NCBI GenBank assembly: GCA_963717365.1 | Contig: OY970327.1 | Location: 11,599-75,598 of the forward strand | Origin: Candidatus Saccharimonadia bacterium | GTDB lineage: Bacteria > Patescibacteriota > Saccharimonadia > Saccharimonadales > 2-12-FULL-41-12 | Direction: 5' to 3' | DNA: 64,000 nt | In this document: in pieces, positions 60,797 to 64,000 of the stretch | Position numbering within the stretch: position 1 is the first letter of the stretch | Layout: each line of letters begins with the position of its first letter | Position numbers and translations under genes: made by a program | The notes under the pieces: generated by a model | Told to the model about the DNA's origin: nothing | Seen by the model: the letters and a program-made list of their open reading frames with translations, nothing else | Databases searched by the model: none

Positions 60797-61544
60797 AGTT
60801 CATTTCTCCGTGACGGTTAATAATATATATTTCTCTGCTGGTTGGAGTGAAGACTTTACCCACTACGGAAACACGGTTTTCTCTATCTAAGTTGTTCCAC
60901 AGTAACTGGGCCATACCTTTGGCAGTATCTTCAATCGGTATCTTAAATGGTTCTTCGTCAAACGATGGCAGCGGATCGCCATTTCCCTTATAGGTGTGTA
61001 CCGCGTAGCCAACGCCGGATTCCAAATTATTTTCAGGATAATAATCGGGATAGAAGGAGTGGACGGCAGTTCCAGTTGAGCGGTCTTTACGGATAACGGA
61101 AATATTAAGCCGTGGCTGATCAGTCGGGTAAAGATCAATATACCCGCTGATACGCGGCGTAAAGTTTGGCTCGTCTGGTTCAAACAAGCGGCTGAGCATT
61201 GCTTCCTCAAACGTTTTGCCGCAGCGTAAATACTGGATGGCAGTGCTTGTCTGATTGCCGTTCGACACGATGTGAACAGAACCGCGCTGCTGCATCGAAT
61301 CGTAAATAGTTAACTCTGGGTCGCCAACTGGTTTTGAAGTTTCAAAAACCTCAGTCGAAACTAAACCGCCTTGACTGACTTGTACTCGGTTGCGCGAGCC
61401 GTCGCTGCGGCCTTCAATACCGTAAGCCTGCACGGCAACGCCACCGGCGAAACCCTCTACAAGTATTCGTCCTATATATGGATTACGCGCTAAAATTTCT
61501 AAGTTTTCGCCAGGAGTATTCTCTGGGCTATACAATCGGCTCAT
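60774..61544 (-). CDS. purO: PurO-type (archaeal-like) IMP cyclohydrolase family protein
   Basis: 256 aa. NPYIGRILVEGFAGGVAVQAYGIEGRSDGSRNR resembles the PurO N-terminus (YxGRIxxVG...AYRVSSRSFPNR). It overlaps the purH start by 23 nt. Confidence 0.7.
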   Translation of the reverse strand: MSRLYSPENTPGENLEILARNPYIGRILVEGFAGGVAVQAYGIEGRSDGSRNRVQVSQGGLVSTEVFETSKPVGDPELTIYDSMQQRGSVHIVSNGNQTSTAIQYLRCGKTFEEAMLSRLFEPDEPNFTPRISGYIDLYPTDQPRLNISVIRKDRSTGTAVHSFYPDYYPENNLESGVGYAVHTYKGNGDPLPSFDEEPFKIPIEDTAKGMAQLLWNNLDRENRVSVVGKVFTPTSREIYIINRHGEMNYARISSD

Positions 61545-61687
61545 GTATCTTCCTTCCCAATCTTGATTTGCTCTGTAAATCTAAGTGTAATGACAGTACG
61601 AATGAATGCAAGCATGAGCATAATGAATTAATTCTGGTGTATTTACAACAATTGCCGAATGACTCTACCTCTGTTATACTTTATCCA

Positions 61688-62755
61688 ATGTCCGAGAAAA
61701 AACCTTCCTTGTTGCGTATTTACGCGTTATCTACCATTATCTCAGCCGCCCTGATAGCCTTTGTCGGTGTCAAGGTTGGTATTGCCGGCCTATTGCTCGT
61801 ACTGGTGTTAGCGGCCTTAGAAATTACCTTCAGCGTAGACAACGCGGTGGTCAATACCCGTATCCTGGAGCGTATGAGCCGAGCCTGGCAGCAGGCATTC
61901 TTAACCGTTGGTATATTTATTGCTGTTTTTGGAGTGCGGGTCATTTTACCGTTATACATTGTATCTTTAGCCGCAAATCTGGATATGGCATCAGTAGTAG
62001 ACTTGGCTCTGAATCATCCGGATGAGTATGGTCATAAGCTAGAAGATTCTCACATTTTAATTAGTGCCTTCGGTGGTATTTTCTTATTCATGCTTTTCTT
62101 AGATTTTTTCTTTCAAAAACGACGGGTCAAATGGCTGGTTGGTGTAGAAAAAGTCCTAGAGAAAGCCGGGAAACTGGAAAGCCTAAGCATTGTAATAGCA
62201 CTGGCCACGTTACTTGGTATCTCATCGACGCTAGAGGGTGAAGATAAAATAGTAGCTCTCACCAGCGGCGCGTTTGGCTTGTTGCTATACCTTATTATTA
62301 ACTCACTTGATACATTGCTTGAAAAGAGTAAGGTCAGCCAGAACCTCCAAAGCACCGCCAAAAGCACCTTTAAAGCCGGCCTGATTGGTTTTATCTACTT
62401 AAACATCGTTGACGCCAGCTTTAGCTTAGACGGTGTTATCGGCGCCTTTGCCATTACAGACCAGATACTATTGATTGCAGTTGGCCTGGGAATCGGCGCG
62501 CTATACGTGCGGGTAATTACGTTGCACATGTTAAGCCACGGCGTTTTAAATCGCTATAAGTTTGTCGAACATGGCGCTCACTATGCCATCGGTATTTTGG
62601 CAGTTCTGATGTTGGTATCGATTAAATACGAAGTCTCAGAAATCGTTAGCGGCCTAAGCGGTTTGGCGTTCGTAGTCACGGCTGTGGTGCACTCTTACAT
62701 TAACAACAAGCGCGAGCAGCAGAAAGCTCCAGCCACAAAGTCTAAAAAGGCGTAG
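61688..62755 (+). CDS. TerC/DUF475-like integral membrane protein
   Basis: EITFSVDNAVV and DASFSLDGVIGAFAIT motifs with about 8 TMs. The start is set at MSEKKPS (61688), because the upstream part of the ORF overlaps purO. Confidence 0.75.
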   Translation: MSEKKPSLLRIYALSTIISAALIAFVGVKVGIAGLLLVLVLAALEITFSVDNAVVNTRILERMSRAWQQAFLTVGIFIAVFGVRVILPLYIVSLAANLDMASVVDLALNHPDEYGHKLEDSHILISAFGGIFLFMLFLDFFFQKRRVKWLVGVEKVLEKAGKLESLSIVIALATLLGISSTLEGEDKIVALTSGAFGLLLYLIINSLDTLLEKSKVSQNLQSTAKSTFKAGLIGFIYLNIVDASFSLDGVIGAFAITDQILLIAVGLGIGALYVRVITLHMLSHGVLNRYKFVEHGAHYAIGILAVLMLVSIKYEVSEIVSGLSGLAFVVTAVVHSYINNKREQQKAPATKSKKA

Positions 62756-62759
62756 TCTG

Positions 62760-62921
62760 GTGGAAGAAGATGCCGTTGGCTTGCCCTGCGACGATAAGCT
62801 GAGGTTTACTACACTTAGAGAAGCTCAGGCTTCGGCTGTGGTTGCAGAGCACCAGCGTGGCACCAAGTTAAAACCGTACCGTTGCCGACACTGCGAGTTG
62901 TGGCATCTGGCATCTGCATAA
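62760..62921 (+). CDS. possible small Cys-containing protein (53 aa)
   Basis: The GTG-start frame reads VEEDAVGLPCDDKLRFTTLREAQASAVVAEHQRGTKLKPYRCRHCELWHLASA*. It is below the ORF-track cutoff and has no clear RBS. Confidence 0.3.
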   Translation: MEEDAVGLPCDDKLRFTTLREAQASAVVAEHQRGTKLKPYRCRHCELWHLASA

Positions 62922-63092
62922 TAAGTTTATGGCAAGTTATTGTGGAATATTAATAAGCCATAGAGTGCTACTAGGTACTATAGCTGCACTTCATGAAAAT
63001 TTAATGAACTCTAGATATAGTACCGAAAAGAGATATAAGCAGACGCTGTAATTCTATTATCAAACGCCCCAATCTGTTAGGCTAGGTACTGT

Positions 63093-64000
63093 ATGCAAGC
63101 AAATTCTAAAAATAATTATTATATTACTACCTCTATTCCGTACGTTAACGGGCCGCCGCATATTGGGTTTGCTATGGAACTGATCCAGGCTGACGTGCTG
63201 GCACGTCATGCTCGGCAACGCGGCGACACCGTACTTTATAGCGCTGGAGCGGACGAACACGGTACCAAAATAGCTGAAAAAGCAGCCGAACTGGGCAAAA
63301 CTCCACAGGTTTTTACCGATGAAATGACCCAGAATTTCCGCGATCTTGGCAGATTACTCAATATCAGTAATGACCGCTTTATCCGAACAACCGACAAAGG
63401 GCACATCCAGCGTGCCCAGCTGATCTGGAAAAACCTAGAAAAAGATATTTACAAAGCCAAATACATCGGCTGGTATGATGTCCGTCAGGAAGAGTTTGTG
63501 CCAGAAGGCCAGGTAGACCCCGAGCGTACCAAAGCAGATCACCCGCAAGCCTATCAGCGGTTAGAGGAGGAGAACTATTTTTTTGCGCTCAGCAAATATA
63601 GCGAGCCGATTAAAAAAGTGATTGAATCCGATGAACTGCGGATTGTGCCGTTAACAAAGCGCAATGAAATCTTGTCGCTTCTGAAGGAAGGGTTAGAAGA
63701 CATTAGTATTAGCCGTCCTAAAGCCAAACTTGAATGGGGCGTGCCGGTGCCAGGTGATAAAACTCAGGTTATGTATGTCTGGTTTGAGGCGCTAATGAAT
63801 TACATCACCGTGCTGGGCTACCCGGAACATAAAGACTTTGAAGCGTTCTGGCCAGCAAATGTCCAAGTAGTCGGTAAAGATATCAGCCGATTCCATGCTG
63901 CTATTTGGCCGGGAATGCTAATGAGTCTTGGCTTACCGCTTCAAAAAACTTTGTTTGTGCACAGCTTTATTAACGTCAACGGTGAGAAAATGAGCAAAAG
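63093..64000 (+). CDS. metG: methionyl-tRNA synthetase (N-terminal part; continues beyond the window)
   Basis: Translation from ATG 63093 gives MQANSKNNYYITTSIPYVNGPPHIGFAMELIQADVLARH...GADEHGTKI (HIGH-type motif PHIG). It reads on through VWFEALMNYITVLGYP and GKDISRFHAAIWPGML. Confidence 0.93.
   Translation, partial: MQANSKNNYYITTSIPYVNGPPHIGFAMELIQADVLARHARQRGDTVLYSAGADEHGTKIAEKAAELGKTPQVFTDEMTQNFRDLGRLLNISNDRFIRTTDKGHIQRAQLIWKNLEKDIYKAKYIGWYDVRQEEFVPEGQVDPERTKADHPQAYQRLEEENYFFALSKYSEPIKKVIESDELRIVPLTKRNEILSLLKEGLEDISISRPKAKLEWGVPVPGDKTQVMYVWFEALMNYITVLGYPEHKDFEAFWPANVQVVGKDISRFHAAIWPGMLMSLGLPLQKTLFVHSFINVNGEKMSK

Overview
This is a gene-dense 64-kb chromosomal window. It is moderately AT-rich by eye, and no global GC was computed. 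All product calls come from reading the supplied translations and the DNA; no database search was run. The backbone is housekeeping. It includes peptidoglycan precursor genes (a partial HTH-fused murA, murB, murI, murD), C1/folate genes (glyA, folD), a pyk-pgk-tpiA glycolytic block, pcrA, rsmA, a DEAD-box helicase, a partial metG, an AICAR transformylase with a PurO-type IMP cyclohydrolase, ABC exporters, and two sensor kinases with two receiver-only response regulators. There are three tRNAs with encoded CCA: Arg-TCG, Lys-CTT and Glu-TTC. A tmRNA (ssrA) lies on the minus strand and is hidden under a spurious 103-aa ORF in the track. LPXTG-type sorting signals, the HTH-MurA fusion and the reduced-metabolism look suggest a Gram-positive-type, small-genome lineage such as Saccharibacteria/Patescibacteria; this taxonomic call is inference only. 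Six accessory regions stand out. (1) At 29.8-37.6 kb there is a surface-protein locus: two paralogous two-gene modules, each a stalk protein plus an LPXTG protein, bracket a divergent vWA / MoxR-like AAA+ / DUF58-like trio. One stalk is polyproline. The other is a lipoprotein with six perfect 63-bp repeats encoding a collagen-like G-X-Y tract. (2) At 57.4-58.3 kb a compositionally foreign high-GC gene sits between 15-bp inverted repeats, close to ssrA, an ssrA-3'-end-like fragment and a pilin-like gene. (3) At 22.5-29.7 kb an FtsX-like/ABC pair is translationally coupled to an acyl-ACP-reductase-like (COG5322-type) protein, next to a multi-TM histidine kinase and two single-domain receivers. 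(4) At 5.2-10.5 kb there is a copper/redox cluster: an amicyanin-like cupredoxin, a ferric-reductase-like membrane protein, YcnI, MarR and an FNR-like reductase. (5) A frameshifted HNH endonuclease and a tRNA-like fragment sit beside the tRNA-Arg/tRNA-Lys pair. (6) An ORFan-rich stretch follows tRNA-Lys. I recognised no rRNA, CRISPR array, integrase or transposase.
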